Of a stretch of 64,000 bases of DNA, positions 19,154 through 28,882 are shown piece by piece. The translations under genes were made by a program, and so were the position numbers. How positions within the stretch are numbered: position 1 is the stretch's first letter; each line of letters starts with the position of its first letter. This stretch comes from a plasmid, in the sequence record NZ_CP044080.1; one strand, given 5' to 3'. The notes beneath the pieces were generated by a model that searched no databases, had not been told where the DNA came from, and was given only the letters and a program-made list of their open reading frames with translations.

Positions 19154-20197
19154 ATGACCATCACCTTCAACAAGGAAAGCTTTCGCGGCGACTACAGCTA
19201 TCGCAACTCGCCCGCCGCGCTGCGCCGCTTTCCGTTCCCCTTCGACCGCGACGAATACATGTATTCCGTCAATATGGAGCCGCACCACGCCGCCGGTCCC
19301 GACCACAGCGTGTTCCAGCGCCGCTTCGACGTCGACGAGCATTACTTGGCCGAGATGGCGGACCGCGCCATCACGCTGCAGCGCGACCCGGGCCGCTGCC
19401 AGTCCCTGCCGCATATGCGGCTGGCGGGCTGGGATCTGCTGGAACTGATCATGACCGCCAAGTCCGAGGATTACCCGGACCTGTTCGAACTGCACCGCGA
19501 CGGCGACCGCTGGCGCTGGGTGAACAGGCCGCTGGGCATCGACGACACGTTCACCTTCATGGACGATGCCACCCTGCCCTACGGGCCGATGGAATACATC
19601 ACCCGCCAGACCCAGGGCGATTTCGCGTTGCTGGACCAGCGCGAGAACAACCTGTGGATGGATGCAGGCATGGTGACCTCGCAGGCCGACTGGAGCCTGG
19701 ATTTCGACATCGGCATGAACTTCTTCGAATGGCACGCGCCGGTGCCGCGCGCGGCCGAGATGGGCATCTTCCAACGCGCGCTGAAATTCCTGCTGAACGT
19801 GCAGCAGGACACGCCCGCCCGGCGGCTGAACTGGACCATGACCGTGAACCCGCGGCTGGACACGTCGCCCGAGACCTATCCCGAATGGGGCCCGGAAAAG
19901 CGCACGCTGACCCCGGAAAACGTCGGCGAAAAGCAGTTCTTGCGCGTCGAACTGCAGACCTTCTTCCGGCTGCCGCGCTCGAACGCCATCGTGTTCCCGA
20001 TCCGCTGCTATCTGTGCGCGTTGCAGGACATCGTGACGGTGCCGAAATGGGGCCGGCGGCTGCATCGGGTGATCCGCGACCTGCCGGACGACCTGGCGAC
20101 CTACAAGGGTTTCCTGGTCAACAAGCCAATGATCGTCGAATACCTGTCGAAGTTCGACGACGGCGCGCCGACCTCGCCCGGGATCTATCCGGACTAG
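19154..20197 (+). CDS. dmmC: Dimethylamine monooxygenase catalytic subunit (DUF3445 heme-dependent oxidative N-demethylase family)
   Basis: 347 aa, the size and composition of the DUF3445 family. It is the last gene of the dmm operon, and its stop overlaps the convergent regulator stop (CTAG). Confidence 0.75.
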   Translation: MTITFNKESFRGDYSYRNSPAALRRFPFPFDRDEYMYSVNMEPHHAAGPDHSVFQRRFDVDEHYLAEMADRAITLQRDPGRCQSLPHMRLAGWDLLELIMTAKSEDYPDLFELHRDGDRWRWVNRPLGIDDTFTFMDDATLPYGPMEYITRQTQGDFALLDQRENNLWMDAGMVTSQADWSLDFDIGMNFFEWHAPVPRAAEMGIFQRALKFLLNVQQDTPARRLNWTMTVNPRLDTSPETYPEWGPEKRTLTPENVGEKQFLRVELQTFFRLPRSNAIVFPIRCYLCALQDIVTVPKWGRRLHRVIRDLPDDLATYKGFLVNKPMIVEYLSKFDDGAPTSPGIYPD

Positions 20198-21153
20198 GCT
20201 TTCCGGCGCATCGCCTGCCGGCGCCGGGCCGGCGGCATCCCGAAGCGCGCCGCATAGAGGCGCGAGAAATGCGCCGCGCTGGTGAAACCTGTCACCAGCG
20301 CCACGTCGAGCATGCTCAGCGCCGTCTGCTGCACCAGCTCGTCGGCCTTGCGCAGCCGCATCTCGCGATAGAACTCCATCATCGAGGATCCCAGTTGATC
20401 GTTGAACAATCTCTGCAACTGACGCGGGCTGCACCCGACCTGGGCGGCGATCTGTTCCGGCGTCAGCGGGTCGGACAGGTGGCTGAACATCAGGTCCACC
20501 GCCTGCGCAAGCATGGGGTGGCGCAGGTCGAAGCGCTCGGCGACCGGGGATTGCTGCGGCTCGTCGGCGCTGCGGGTGCGCGGGTGGATGAACCATTCGG
20601 CCACCTGCCGGGCGAAAGCGGCGCCGTGGTCGCGGGCGATCAGCGCGCACATCATGTCCAGCGCGGCGACCCCGCCGGCGCAGGTGAAGCGGTCGCGGTC
20701 GATGACATACAGCGCGCGTTCGATCAGCAGGTCGGGCTGGTGCTCGGCCAAGGCGTCGATATGCGCCCAGTGCAGGGTAAAGCGTCGACCCTCCATCAGC
20801 CCCAGCCGGGCCAGGATCGCGGCGCCGCCGGAAATCCCGCCCAGCCGGACCTTGCGGTTCTGCAGCGCCCGCAGCCCCCGCGCCAGCGCCGCATCCTCAT
20901 AGCGCAGCGGGTTGCCGCCGGCCACGACCAGCGCCAGGTCCAGCGCGGCCGGATCGGGCAAGGTCTCGGTCGCGAAACCGCCGCCCGAGGTGGACGCGGC
21001 AAAGTCGCCGGCGACGGAATGATAGCTGGGCCGATAGAGCGCGCGCCCCGCCAGCTGGTTCGCCGCGCGCAGGGGCTCGACCGCCGCGGTCAAGGACATC
21101 AGCGAATAATCCGGCGTCAGGATGAACCCGATGCGCAGCGGTTCGTCCGCCAT
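20194..21153 (-). CDS. GlxA-family transcriptional regulator (DJ-1/PfpI domain plus AraC-type HTH)
   Basis: The N-terminal DJ-1/PfpI-like domain (IGFILTPDYSLMSLTAAVEPLRAAN...CAGGVAALDMM) is followed by a C-terminal AraC HTH (LTPEQIAAQVGCSPRQLQRLF...TGFTSAAHFSRLY). It is divergent from mgdA. Confidence 0.85.
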   Translation of the reverse strand: MADEPLRIGFILTPDYSLMSLTAAVEPLRAANQLAGRALYRPSYHSVAGDFAASTSGGGFATETLPDPAALDLALVVAGGNPLRYEDAALARGLRALQNRKVRLGGISGGAAILARLGLMEGRRFTLHWAHIDALAEHQPDLLIERALYVIDRDRFTCAGGVAALDMMCALIARDHGAAFARQVAEWFIHPRTRSADEPQQSPVAERFDLRHPMLAQAVDLMFSHLSDPLTPEQIAAQVGCSPRQLQRLFNDQLGSSMMEFYREMRLRKADELVQQTALSMLDVALVTGFTSAAHFSRLYAARFGMPPARRRQAMRRKA

Positions 21154-21193
21154 GCCGTCCCCGCGTCACAAAAACCTTGCGCCTGTCCCTTAC

Positions 21194-21222
21194 AGGCAAA
21201 TCCCTGTCCTCTCAAGGCAAAT
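21194..21222. promoter_or_regulatory. Direct repeat AGGCAAAT x2, spaced 21 bp, in the glxA-mgdA divergent promoter
   Basis: AGGCAAAT at 21194..21201 and 21215..21222 in the 128-bp intergenic. Two-helical-turn spacing is typical of AraC-type half sites. Confidence 0.4.
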
Positions 21223-21281
21223 GACACCCGAAATCTTGCGTATCTTTCCTGCGAAGAAAGGCGAATCGGAGTGCTGGCGCC

Positions 21282-22532
21282 GTGAGATATTCGGGATTTC
21301 GTGTCATCAAGGAGGCCCTGACCGGCCACAAGGGCTGGAAGCCGATCTGGCGCAATCCCGATCCGCAGCCGTCCTACGATTACATCATCGTCGGCGGCGG
21401 CGGGCATGGACTGGCAACCGCCTATTACCTGGCCAGGACCTTCAAGCAGGCCCGCATCGCGGTGCTCGAGAAAAGCTGGCTGGGCTCGGGCAACATCGGG
21501 CGCAACACCACGATCATCCGCTCGAACTACCTGCTGCCGGGCAACGAGCCGTTCTACGAATTCTCGATGAAGCTTTGGGAAGGGCTTGAACAGGAATTCA
21601 ATTTCAACGCCATGGTCAGCCAGCGCGGCATCCTGAACCTGATCCACAGCGACGGCCAGCGCGACGCCTATCGCCGGCGCGGCAATGCCATGCTGCTGGC
21701 GGGTGCCGACGCCGAACTGCTGGACCGCGAGCGCGTGCGCGCGATGTATCCCTGGCTGAACTTCGACAATGCGCGCTTCCCGATCAAGGGCGGGCTGCTG
21801 CAGCGCCGGGCCGGGACCGCGCGCCATGACGGCGTCGCCTGGGGCTATGCCCGCGGCGCCGACCGGGCCGGCGTCGACCTGATCCAGAACTGCGAAGTCA
21901 CCGGCTTCCGCATCGAGGGCGGCAGGCTGCGCGGCGTCGAGACCTCGCGCGGCTATATCGCCGCGAAGAAGGTCGGCGTGGCGGTCGCGGGCTCGTCGGG
22001 CCGGGTCATGGCCATGGCCGGAATGCGCCTGCCGATCGAAAGCCATGTGCTGCAAGCCTTCGTCTCCGAGGGGCTGAAGCCGGTGATCGACGGCGTCATC
22101 ACCTTTGGCGCCGGGCATTTCTATGTCAGCCAGTCCGACAAGGGCGGGTTGGTCTTTGGCGGCGACATCGACGGCTACAATTCGTACGCCCAACGCGGCA
22201 ACATGGCGGTGATCGAAGACGTCGCCCAGGGCGGCATGGCGCTGATGCCGGCCATCGGCCGGGCGCGGCTGCTGCGGGTCTGGGGCGGCATCATGGACAT
22301 GTCGATGGACGGCTCGCCCATCATCGACAAGACGCCGGTCGAGGGGCTCTATCTGAACGCTGGCTGGTGCTATGGCGGCTTCAAGGCCACCCCGGCCTCG
22401 GGCTATGCCTTCGCGCATCTTCTGGCCACCGACACGCCGCACGACACCGCCCGCGCCTATCGCCTGGACCGGTTCGAGCGCGGCTATCCCATCGACGAAA
22501 AAGGCATGGGCGCGACGCCCAATCTGCACTGA
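21282..22532 (+). CDS. mgdA: N-methylglutamate dehydrogenase subunit A (sarcosine oxidase beta-subunit homologue, FAD)
   Basis: GTG start. SoxB-like N-terminus (SGF..KGWKPIWRNPDPQPSYDYIIVGGGGHGLATAYYLA) with a DAO fold. Confidence 0.85.
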   Translation: MRYSGFRVIKEALTGHKGWKPIWRNPDPQPSYDYIIVGGGGHGLATAYYLARTFKQARIAVLEKSWLGSGNIGRNTTIIRSNYLLPGNEPFYEFSMKLWEGLEQEFNFNAMVSQRGILNLIHSDGQRDAYRRRGNAMLLAGADAELLDRERVRAMYPWLNFDNARFPIKGGLLQRRAGTARHDGVAWGYARGADRAGVDLIQNCEVTGFRIEGGRLRGVETSRGYIAAKKVGVAVAGSSGRVMAMAGMRLPIESHVLQAFVSEGLKPVIDGVITFGAGHFYVSQSDKGGLVFGGDIDGYNSYAQRGNMAVIEDVAQGGMALMPAIGRARLLRVWGGIMDMSMDGSPIIDKTPVEGLYLNAGWCYGGFKATPASGYAFAHLLATDTPHDTARAYRLDRFERGYPIDEKGMGATPNLH

Positions 22533-22542
22533 GGGCCAAACG

Positions 22543-22836
22543 ATGCTGATCCCCCATCCCCTGCTTGGCCTGCGCGACTCGGAAGAGTTCTCGTATCTCG
22601 GCGATGCCACCCTGCTCGCGCGTCCCGATGGCATGGCCGCCGACGCGCCGCAACGCTTTTACGAATACCAGCACCTGCGCGACAACCCGGCCGGCGTCCA
22701 CCGCGAGTTGTGGTTCCACGAACAGGGCGACCGCAGCTGGCTGGTCGTCACCCGCAACACCGTCACGCATGAGATCCTGGGCGCCGAACTGGCCCGCGAC
22801 GTCAAGCTGGCGATGCTGAAAGGCGGTGCGGCATGA
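22543..22836 (+). CDS. mgdB: N-methylglutamate dehydrogenase subunit B (sarcosine oxidase delta-subunit homologue)
   Basis: 98 aa, MLIPHPLLGLRDSEEFSYLGDA is a SoxD-family N-terminus. Its stop overlaps the mgdC start (ATGA). Confidence 0.8.
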   Translation: MLIPHPLLGLRDSEEFSYLGDATLLARPDGMAADAPQRFYEYQHLRDNPAGVHRELWFHEQGDRSWLVVTRNTVTHEILGAELARDVKLAMLKGGAA

Positions 22837-25763
22837 CCCGGCTTTCCGGCGGTCTGATCGACCGCAACCGCAGCCTGAACTTCAGCTTCGACGGCAAGTC
22901 CTATACCGGGCACGCCGGCGACACGCTGGCCTCGGCGCTGCTTGCCAATGACGTGCGGCTGATGGGCCGCGGCTTCAAATATCACCGCCCGCGCGGCGTC
23001 TTTACCGCGGGCTCCGAGGAACCGAACGCGCTGGTGGAACTGCGCCAGGGCAACCGGCAAGAGCCGAACACCCGCGCCACCGCGGCCGAGCTGTTCGAGG
23101 GGCTGGACGCCCGCAGCCAGAACCATGTCGGCTCGCTGGGCTTCGACCTGCTGGCGGTGAACGACCTGATGTCGCCCTTCTTTGCGGCGGGCTTCTATTA
23201 CAAGACCTTCATGTGGCCCAAGGCGTTCTGGGAAAAGCTTTATGAGCCGATGATCCGTCGCGCGGCGGGCCTTGGCAGCCTGTCGATGCAGGCCGACCCG
23301 GACAGCTATGACTCGGGCTTCCTGCATTGCGACCTGCTGGTGATCGGCGGCGGCGCGGCGGGGCTTGCGGCGGCGCTGACCGCGGCGCGGACCGGCGCAC
23401 GGGTGATCCTGGCCGACGAGGACTTCCGCCTGGGCGGCCGCTTGCTTGCCGAAAGCGCGCCGCTGGACCGGCCGGCGACCGAATGGATCGCCGAGGTCGA
23501 GGCCGAATTCGCCAGCCTGCCGAACCTGCGCGTCATGCGCCGCACCACGGTCTGGGGCGCCTTCGACCATGGCATCTATGGCGCGGTCGAGCGGGTCTCG
23601 GACCACCTTCCGACGCCCGGCAAGCGCGTGCGGCAATCGCTGTGGCGCATCACCGCCAAGCGCGCGATCCTGGCCGCCGGCGCGACCGAGCGGCACATCC
23701 CCTTCGCCAACAACGACCGGCCCGGGGTGATGATGGCGGGCGCGATGCGGGCCTATGCCAACCGCTGGGCGGTCAGCCCGGCCAAGCGGGTGGCGATCTT
23801 CACCAACAACGACGACGGCCACCGCACCGCCGCCGACCTGGCCGCCAAGGGGGTCGAGATCGCCGCCGTGGTCGACAGTCGTCCCGACGCGCCCGCGCGC
23901 GGCAGCTGGCGCACCATTGCCGGCGGCATGGTCACCGACAGCAGGGGCCGGCTGGGCCTGGCCAAGGTCGAGGTGACGCAGAACGGCCGCGCGGAATGGA
24001 TCGACTGCGGCGCGCTCGGCGTCTCGGGCGGCTGGAACCCGAACCTGCATATCGCCTCGCACCATCGCGGGCGGCCGGTCTGGAACGAAGCCGCGCAAGC
24101 CTTCCTGGCCGAGGACGGCAATGTCGCGGGCCTCAGCATCGCCGGCGCCGCCGCCGGCAAGGGCTCGACCGTGCAGGCGCTGGCCTCGGGCGCGCAGGCG
24201 GCGGTCGCCGCGTTGGCCGACATCGGCATCAGCGCGCATCTGCCCGACCTGCCCCGCGCCGAGGACGAGGCGCTGAACCTCAAGCCGCTGTGGCACGTCC
24301 CCGGCAAGGGCCGCGCCTGGGTCGATTTCCAGAACGACGTGACCGTCAAGGACGTGAAGCTGGCCTATGTGGAAAACCTGCGCCCGGTCGAGCACCTGAA
24401 GCGCTGGACCACGCTTGGGATGGCGACCGACCAGGGCAAGACCTCGAACGTGACCGCGATCGCGGTGATGGCGGAACTGACGGGCCAGTCGTTGGGCCAG
24501 ACCGGCACCACGATCTTCCGCCCGCCCTATACGCCGGTCTCCATGTCGGTGCTGGGCGGCGGCGACACCGGCGCGCATTTCCGCCCGCGCCGGCTGACGC
24601 CGACGCATGAATGGGCGGCATCGCAGGGCGCGGTCTTCGTCGAGGTCGGGCAATGGATGCGGGCGCAATATTTCCCCCGCAAGGGCGAGACCACCTGGCG
24701 CCAGACCGTCGACCGCGAGGTTCTGGCCACCCGCGCGGGCGTCGGCATCTGCGACGTGACCACGCTGGGCAAGGTCGACGTGCAGGGCGCCGACGCCGGC
24801 GAGTTCCTGGACCGGGTCTATGCCAATGCCATGAAATCGCTGAAAGTCGGCATGGTCCGCTATGGCCTGATGCTGCGCGAGGACGGCTTTGCCTGGGACG
24901 ACGGCACCTGCGCCCGGCTGGCCGAGGACCAATATGTCGTGACCACGACCACGGCCAACGCCGGCACCATCTACAAGCATATGGAGTTCTGCCGGCAGTG
25001 CCTGTGGCCGGAACTCGACGTGCAGCTGATCTCGACCACCGACGCTTGGGCGCAATTGTCGGTCGCCGGCCCCCATGCCCGCAAGCTGCTGGAGCGGGTG
25101 GTGGACGGGTTCGACATCTCGAACGAGGGCTTCCCCTTCATGGCCTGCACCAACCTGACGGTCTGCGGCGGCCTTCGGGCGCGGCTCTTCCGCATCAGCT
25201 TCTCGGGCGAGTTGGCCTACGAGATCGCGGTGCCGGCGCGCTATGGCAATGCGCTGATGGCGCGGATGATGCAGGTCGGCGCCGACCTGGGCGCCACGCC
25301 CTATGGCACCGAGACGCTGGGCGTCCTGCGCATCGAAAAGGGCCATGCCGCCGGCAATGAGCTGAACGGCCAGACCACGGCGCAGATGCTGGGCATGGGC
25401 AAGATGGTCTCGACCAGGAAGGACTCGATCGGCGCGGTGCTGTCGCGGCGCGAGGGGCTGGTCGCCGACCGCCGCGTGCTGGTCGGGTTCCAGCCTGTCA
25501 ACGCCGCCGATCCGGTCATGGCCGGGGCGCATCTCTTTGCCGAAGGCGCGGCGCAGGATACTGCGAACGACCAGGGCTGGATCACCTCGGCCTGCTATTC
25601 GCCGCATGTCGGCAGCGCCATCGGGCTGGGCTATCTGGTGAATGGCGACAGCCGCAAGGGCGAGGTGGTGGTCGCCGCCAACCCGCTGCAAGGCCAGTCC
25701 GTGCGCGTTCGCGTGGTCTCGGCCCATTTCGTTGACCCCGAAGGAGGCCGTGTCCGTGACTGA
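22833..25763 (+). CDS. mgdC: N-methylglutamate dehydrogenase subunit C (sarcosine oxidase alpha-subunit homologue with THF-binding GcvT-like C-domain)
   Basis: 976 aa, with a SoxA-like N-terminus (FSFDGKSYTGHAGDTLASALLANDVRLMGRGFKYHRPRG), an FAD/NAD GxGxxG (LVIGGGAAGLAAAL) and a C-terminal GcvT fold. Confidence 0.85.
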   Translation: MTRLSGGLIDRNRSLNFSFDGKSYTGHAGDTLASALLANDVRLMGRGFKYHRPRGVFTAGSEEPNALVELRQGNRQEPNTRATAAELFEGLDARSQNHVGSLGFDLLAVNDLMSPFFAAGFYYKTFMWPKAFWEKLYEPMIRRAAGLGSLSMQADPDSYDSGFLHCDLLVIGGGAAGLAAALTAARTGARVILADEDFRLGGRLLAESAPLDRPATEWIAEVEAEFASLPNLRVMRRTTVWGAFDHGIYGAVERVSDHLPTPGKRVRQSLWRITAKRAILAAGATERHIPFANNDRPGVMMAGAMRAYANRWAVSPAKRVAIFTNNDDGHRTAADLAAKGVEIAAVVDSRPDAPARGSWRTIAGGMVTDSRGRLGLAKVEVTQNGRAEWIDCGALGVSGGWNPNLHIASHHRGRPVWNEAAQAFLAEDGNVAGLSIAGAAAGKGSTVQALASGAQAAVAALADIGISAHLPDLPRAEDEALNLKPLWHVPGKGRAWVDFQNDVTVKDVKLAYVENLRPVEHLKRWTTLGMATDQGKTSNVTAIAVMAELTGQSLGQTGTTIFRPPYTPVSMSVLGGGDTGAHFRPRRLTPTHEWAASQGAVFVEVGQWMRAQYFPRKGETTWRQTVDREVLATRAGVGICDVTTLGKVDVQGADAGEFLDRVYANAMKSLKVGMVRYGLMLREDGFAWDDGTCARLAEDQYVVTTTTANAGTIYKHMEFCRQCLWPELDVQLISTTDAWAQLSVAGPHARKLLERVVDGFDISNEGFPFMACTNLTVCGGLRARLFRISFSGELAYEIAVPARYGNALMARMMQVGADLGATPYGTETLGVLRIEKGHAAGNELNGQTTAQMLGMGKMVSTRKDSIGAVLSRREGLVADRRVLVGFQPVNAADPVMAGAHLFAEGAAQDTANDQGWITSACYSPHVGSAIGLGYLVNGDSRKGEVVVAANPLQGQSVRVRVVSAHFVDPEGGRVRD

Positions 25764-26319
25764 GCCCGTCAAGACTGATCTGGCGCCGATCTGCGCCCTG
25801 GGCGCCGCCGTGCCGCAAAGCCGCACCATCGGCGCGGTGACCCTGACCGAGAATGCCGAGCTGGGCCTCGCCTCGCTGGCCCTGCGCCGGGGTGGCGCGG
25901 CGCCCGGGCTGGGCTTCGCCCTGCCCGGCCCCGGCGGCTGGGCCGAAGGCGAGGGCATCGCCGCCTTCTGGACCGGGCCCGACCAGTGGATGGTCGAATT
26001 CCCCGGCCGGGCGGCCTCGGATGTCGCGGCCGGGCTCGCCGGCCCCGGCGTCTCGGTCACCGAGCAGACCGACGGTTTCGCCGCATTCGAGATCGCCGCG
26101 CCCGAGCCGGTACTGGTCGCGCTGATGGAAAAGCTGGTGAACGTCGATCCGGCCCGCTTCGGCCCCGGCTCGGCCACCCGCTGCGGCTTTCACCACATGA
26201 GCATTTTCGTCATCCGTCGCGCGGCGGATCAGTTGGCGGTGCTGGGCATGCGCTCGGCCGCCGGCACCATCTGGCACGCGCTCGCCAACGCCGCCGAACA
26301 GCAGGAGACCCGGGCATGA
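25756..26319 (+). CDS. mgdD: N-methylglutamate dehydrogenase subunit D (sarcosine oxidase gamma-subunit homologue)
   Basis: An AGGAGG SD at 25742..25747 and a GTG at 25750 or 25756 overlap the mgdC stop. The protein is about 187 aa, and its stop overlaps the folD ATG. The longer track ORF (25642) runs inside mgdC. Confidence 0.7.
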   Translation: MTEPVKTDLAPICALGAAVPQSRTIGAVTLTENAELGLASLALRRGGAAPGLGFALPGPGGWAEGEGIAAFWTGPDQWMVEFPGRAASDVAAGLAGPGVSVTEQTDGFAAFEIAAPEPVLVALMEKLVNVDPARFGPGSATRCGFHHMSIFVIRRAADQLAVLGMRSAAGTIWHALANAAEQQETRA

Positions 26320-27203
26320 GCAACATCATTGACGGGAAGTCCTTTGCGTCTGGCTTGCGGGGTCGGGTTGCGTCTGGGGTTTCGGGGCTTGCGGCGCGGG
26401 GGATCGTGCCGGGGTTGGCGGTGGTGCTGGTGGGCGAGGACCCGGCCTCGGCGGTCTATGTCAGGAACAAGGGCGTCCAGACCCGCGAGGCGGGCATGGC
26501 CTCGTGGGAGCACAGGCTGCCGGCCGAGACGGCGCAGGCGGATCTGCTGGCGCTGATCGAGACGCTGAACCATGACCCGGCGGTGCACGGCATCCTGGTG
26601 CAGCTGCCGCTGCCCGGGCACATGGATGCCGAGGCGGTGATCAACGCCATCGACCCCGCCAAGGACGTGGACGGGTTCACCATCGGCAACGTGGGCCTTC
26701 TGGGCACCGGGCAAAGGGCGATGGTGCCCTGCACGCCCCTGGGCTGCATCATGCTGCTCAAGGACCGGCTGGGCGATCTTTCCGGGCTGAACGCGGTGGT
26801 GGTCGGGCGCTCGAACATCGTCGGCAAGCCGATGGCGCAGCTTCTGCTGGCCGAGAACTGCACGGTGACCATCGCCCATTCGCGCACCCGCGACCTGGCG
26901 GCGGTCTGCCGCGGCGCCGACATCCTGGTCGCCGCCGTCGGCCGGCCGCGGATGATCCGGGGCGACTGGATCAAGCCTGGGGCCACGGTGATCGACGTCG
27001 GCATCAACCGCATCGCTGAGGACGGCCGCACCCGGCTGGTCGGCGACGTGGATTTCGACAGCGCGGCCCGGGTCGCCGGCGCCATCACCCCGGTGCCGGG
27101 GGGCGTCGGGCCGATGACCATCGCCTGCCTGCTGGCCAACACGCTGACCGCCTGCTGCCGGGCGAACGGGCTGGCCGAGCCCGATCTGACCGGGGCCGCG
27201 TGA
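26316..27203 (+). CDS. folD: Bifunctional methylenetetrahydrofolate dehydrogenase/methenyl-THF cyclohydrolase
   Basis: 295 aa with canonical FolD motifs ([46 protein letters not shown]). The start overlaps the mgdD stop (ATGA). Confidence 0.9.
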   Translation: MSNIIDGKSFASGLRGRVASGVSGLAARGIVPGLAVVLVGEDPASAVYVRNKGVQTREAGMASWEHRLPAETAQADLLALIETLNHDPAVHGILVQLPLPGHMDAEAVINAIDPAKDVDGFTIGNVGLLGTGQRAMVPCTPLGCIMLLKDRLGDLSGLNAVVVGRSNIVGKPMAQLLLAENCTVTIAHSRTRDLAAVCRGADILVAAVGRPRMIRGDWIKPGATVIDVGINRIAEDGRTRLVGDVDFDSAARVAGAITPVPGGVGPMTIACLLANTLTACCRANGLAEPDLTGAA

Positions 27204-27320
27204 GCCTGCGGCGGGGGCGCTGCCCCCACGCCCGTGCCGGGCGTCCCCCCGGGGTATTTGACAAACAGTGAAAGCCGGGCCCGGCGCGTGCCGCGGCGAC
27301 ATGACAGTGGAGAGAGCCCG

Positions 27321-28205
27321 ATGACCAAGTATTGCCTGACCGTCACCTGCCCCTCGACCCGGGGGATCGTGGCCGCGATCTCGACCGCGCTGGCCGAGCA
27401 GGGCTGCAACATCGTCGATTCGAGCCAGTTCGACGATGTCGAGACCGGCCGCTTCTTCATGCGCGTGAGCTTTGTCTCCGAAGAGGGCACCGGGCTCGCG
27501 GCGCTGCAGCAAAGCCTGGCGCCCGCGGCGCAGGCCTTCGGCATGGACTATGCCTTCCACGACGAGGCCGAGAAGATGAAGGTCGTGATCATGGTCTCGC
27601 GCTTCGGGCATTGCCTGAACGACCTTCTCTACCGCTGGCGCATCGGCGCGCTGCCGATCGAGATCGTGGCGGTGATCTCGAACCACATGGACTATCAGAA
27701 GGTGGTGGTGAACCACGACATCCCGTTCCACATGATCCGCGTCACCAAGGAGAACAAGCCCGAGGCCGAGGCGCGCATCCTGGCGGTGGTCGAGGAGACC
27801 GGGGCCGAGCTGATCGTGCTGGCGCGCTACATGCAGGTCTTGTCGGACGCGATGTGCCAGAAGATGTCGGGCCGGATCATCAACATCCACCATTCGTTCC
27901 TGCCGTCTTTCAAGGGGGCGAACCCCTACAAGCAGGCCTTCGAGCGCGGCGTGAAGCTGATCGGGGCGACCAGCCACTATGTGACCGCCGACCTGGACGA
28001 GGGCCCGATCATCGAGCAGGACACCATCCGCGTGACCCACGCCCAGTCGCCCGAGGATTACGTGAGCCTTGGCCGCGACGTGGAAAGCCAGGTGCTGGCG
28101 CGTGCCATCCACGCCCACATCCACCGCCGCGTGTTCCTCAACGGCAACAAGACCGTCGTCTTCCCCGCATCGCCGGGAAGCTACGCCTCCGAGCGCATGG
28201 GCTGA
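27321..28205 (+). CDS. purU: Formyltetrahydrofolate deformylase
   Basis: 294 aa with an ACT-like N-domain and a formyl-transferase domain (IINIHHSFLPSFKGANPY, HYVTADLDEGPII). The ATG at 27321 has a GGAGAGA SD. Confidence 0.9.
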   Translation: MTKYCLTVTCPSTRGIVAAISTALAEQGCNIVDSSQFDDVETGRFFMRVSFVSEEGTGLAALQQSLAPAAQAFGMDYAFHDEAEKMKVVIMVSRFGHCLNDLLYRWRIGALPIEIVAVISNHMDYQKVVVNHDIPFHMIRVTKENKPEAEARILAVVEETGAELIVLARYMQVLSDAMCQKMSGRIINIHHSFLPSFKGANPYKQAFERGVKLIGATSHYVTADLDEGPIIEQDTIRVTHAQSPEDYVSLGRDVESQVLARAIHAHIHRRVFLNGNKTVVFPASPGSYASERMG

Positions 28206-28211
28206 AAAGGA

Positions 28212-28250
28212 CGGGGGGCGGCCACCGAGCCGCCCGCACCCCGGCTTCTT
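28212..28250 (+). terminator. GC-rich imperfect hairpin followed by a T-rich tract after purU
   Basis: cggggggcggc-caccgag-ccgcccgcaccccg followed by gcTTCTTTCg; it ends the mgd-folD-purU transcription unit. Confidence 0.45.
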
Positions 28251-28496
28251 TCGTGGTCAAATATCCCCGCCGGAGGCGGAACCGGGGCCTTGATCCCCCC
28301 GCCGCGAAAGCGCCGACAACCTGATCGTCGCCGGCGGCACCAGCTGCCGCCACCAGATCCACGGCGGCACGGGGCCGTCCGGGCCGGCGGCGCAATTTGC
28401 CGCTGTCGGCCATTGCTCCCTAGGCGCAACTGCACCAAATTCAGGCAAGGCCCCGGCGTCGCGACAGCCGGGGTCGGAGCAAGCAAAGAGGACCCT

Positions 28497-28787
28497 ATGT
28501 GTCAAGTCTATGCCAGCCAGCGTCCTGAAAGCTATGAACCCGTTACCCGGCGCCTTCGGCTCAGCGGCCATTCGACCAGCATCCGGCTGGAGCGCGGCTT
28601 CTGGTGCATCCTCGACGGCATGGCCGCGCGCGAGGGGATGACGACGCCGGCCTTCATCTCGCGGCTTTACGACGAGGTGCAGGAACTGCAAAGCGAGACT
28701 CGGAACTTCGCCTCGCTTCTGCGCTGCGCCTGCCTGATCGAGGCCCAGCACGGCCGGGACGCCGCCTTCGCGGCGGCGGCCGAATAG
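28497..28787 (+). CDS. Small ribbon-helix-helix (RHH_4-like) domain protein
   Basis: 96 aa with an aagaggac SD. SIRLERGFWCILDGMAAREGMTTPAFISRLYDEV matches the RHH_4-family pattern (often annotated aryl-sulfate sulfotransferase-like). Confidence 0.6.
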   Translation: MCQVYASQRPESYEPVTRRLRLSGHSTSIRLERGFWCILDGMAAREGMTTPAFISRLYDEVQELQSETRNFASLLRCACLIEAQHGRDAAFAAAAE

Positions 28788-28882
28788 CGCTCCGGAACCG
28801 CCTGTAGTACCCTGCTACTACCGGCCCGCGCCCGAATGTCCGTACCATCAGGACAGACAGGGGACGGGACGGGAACGGCGCG

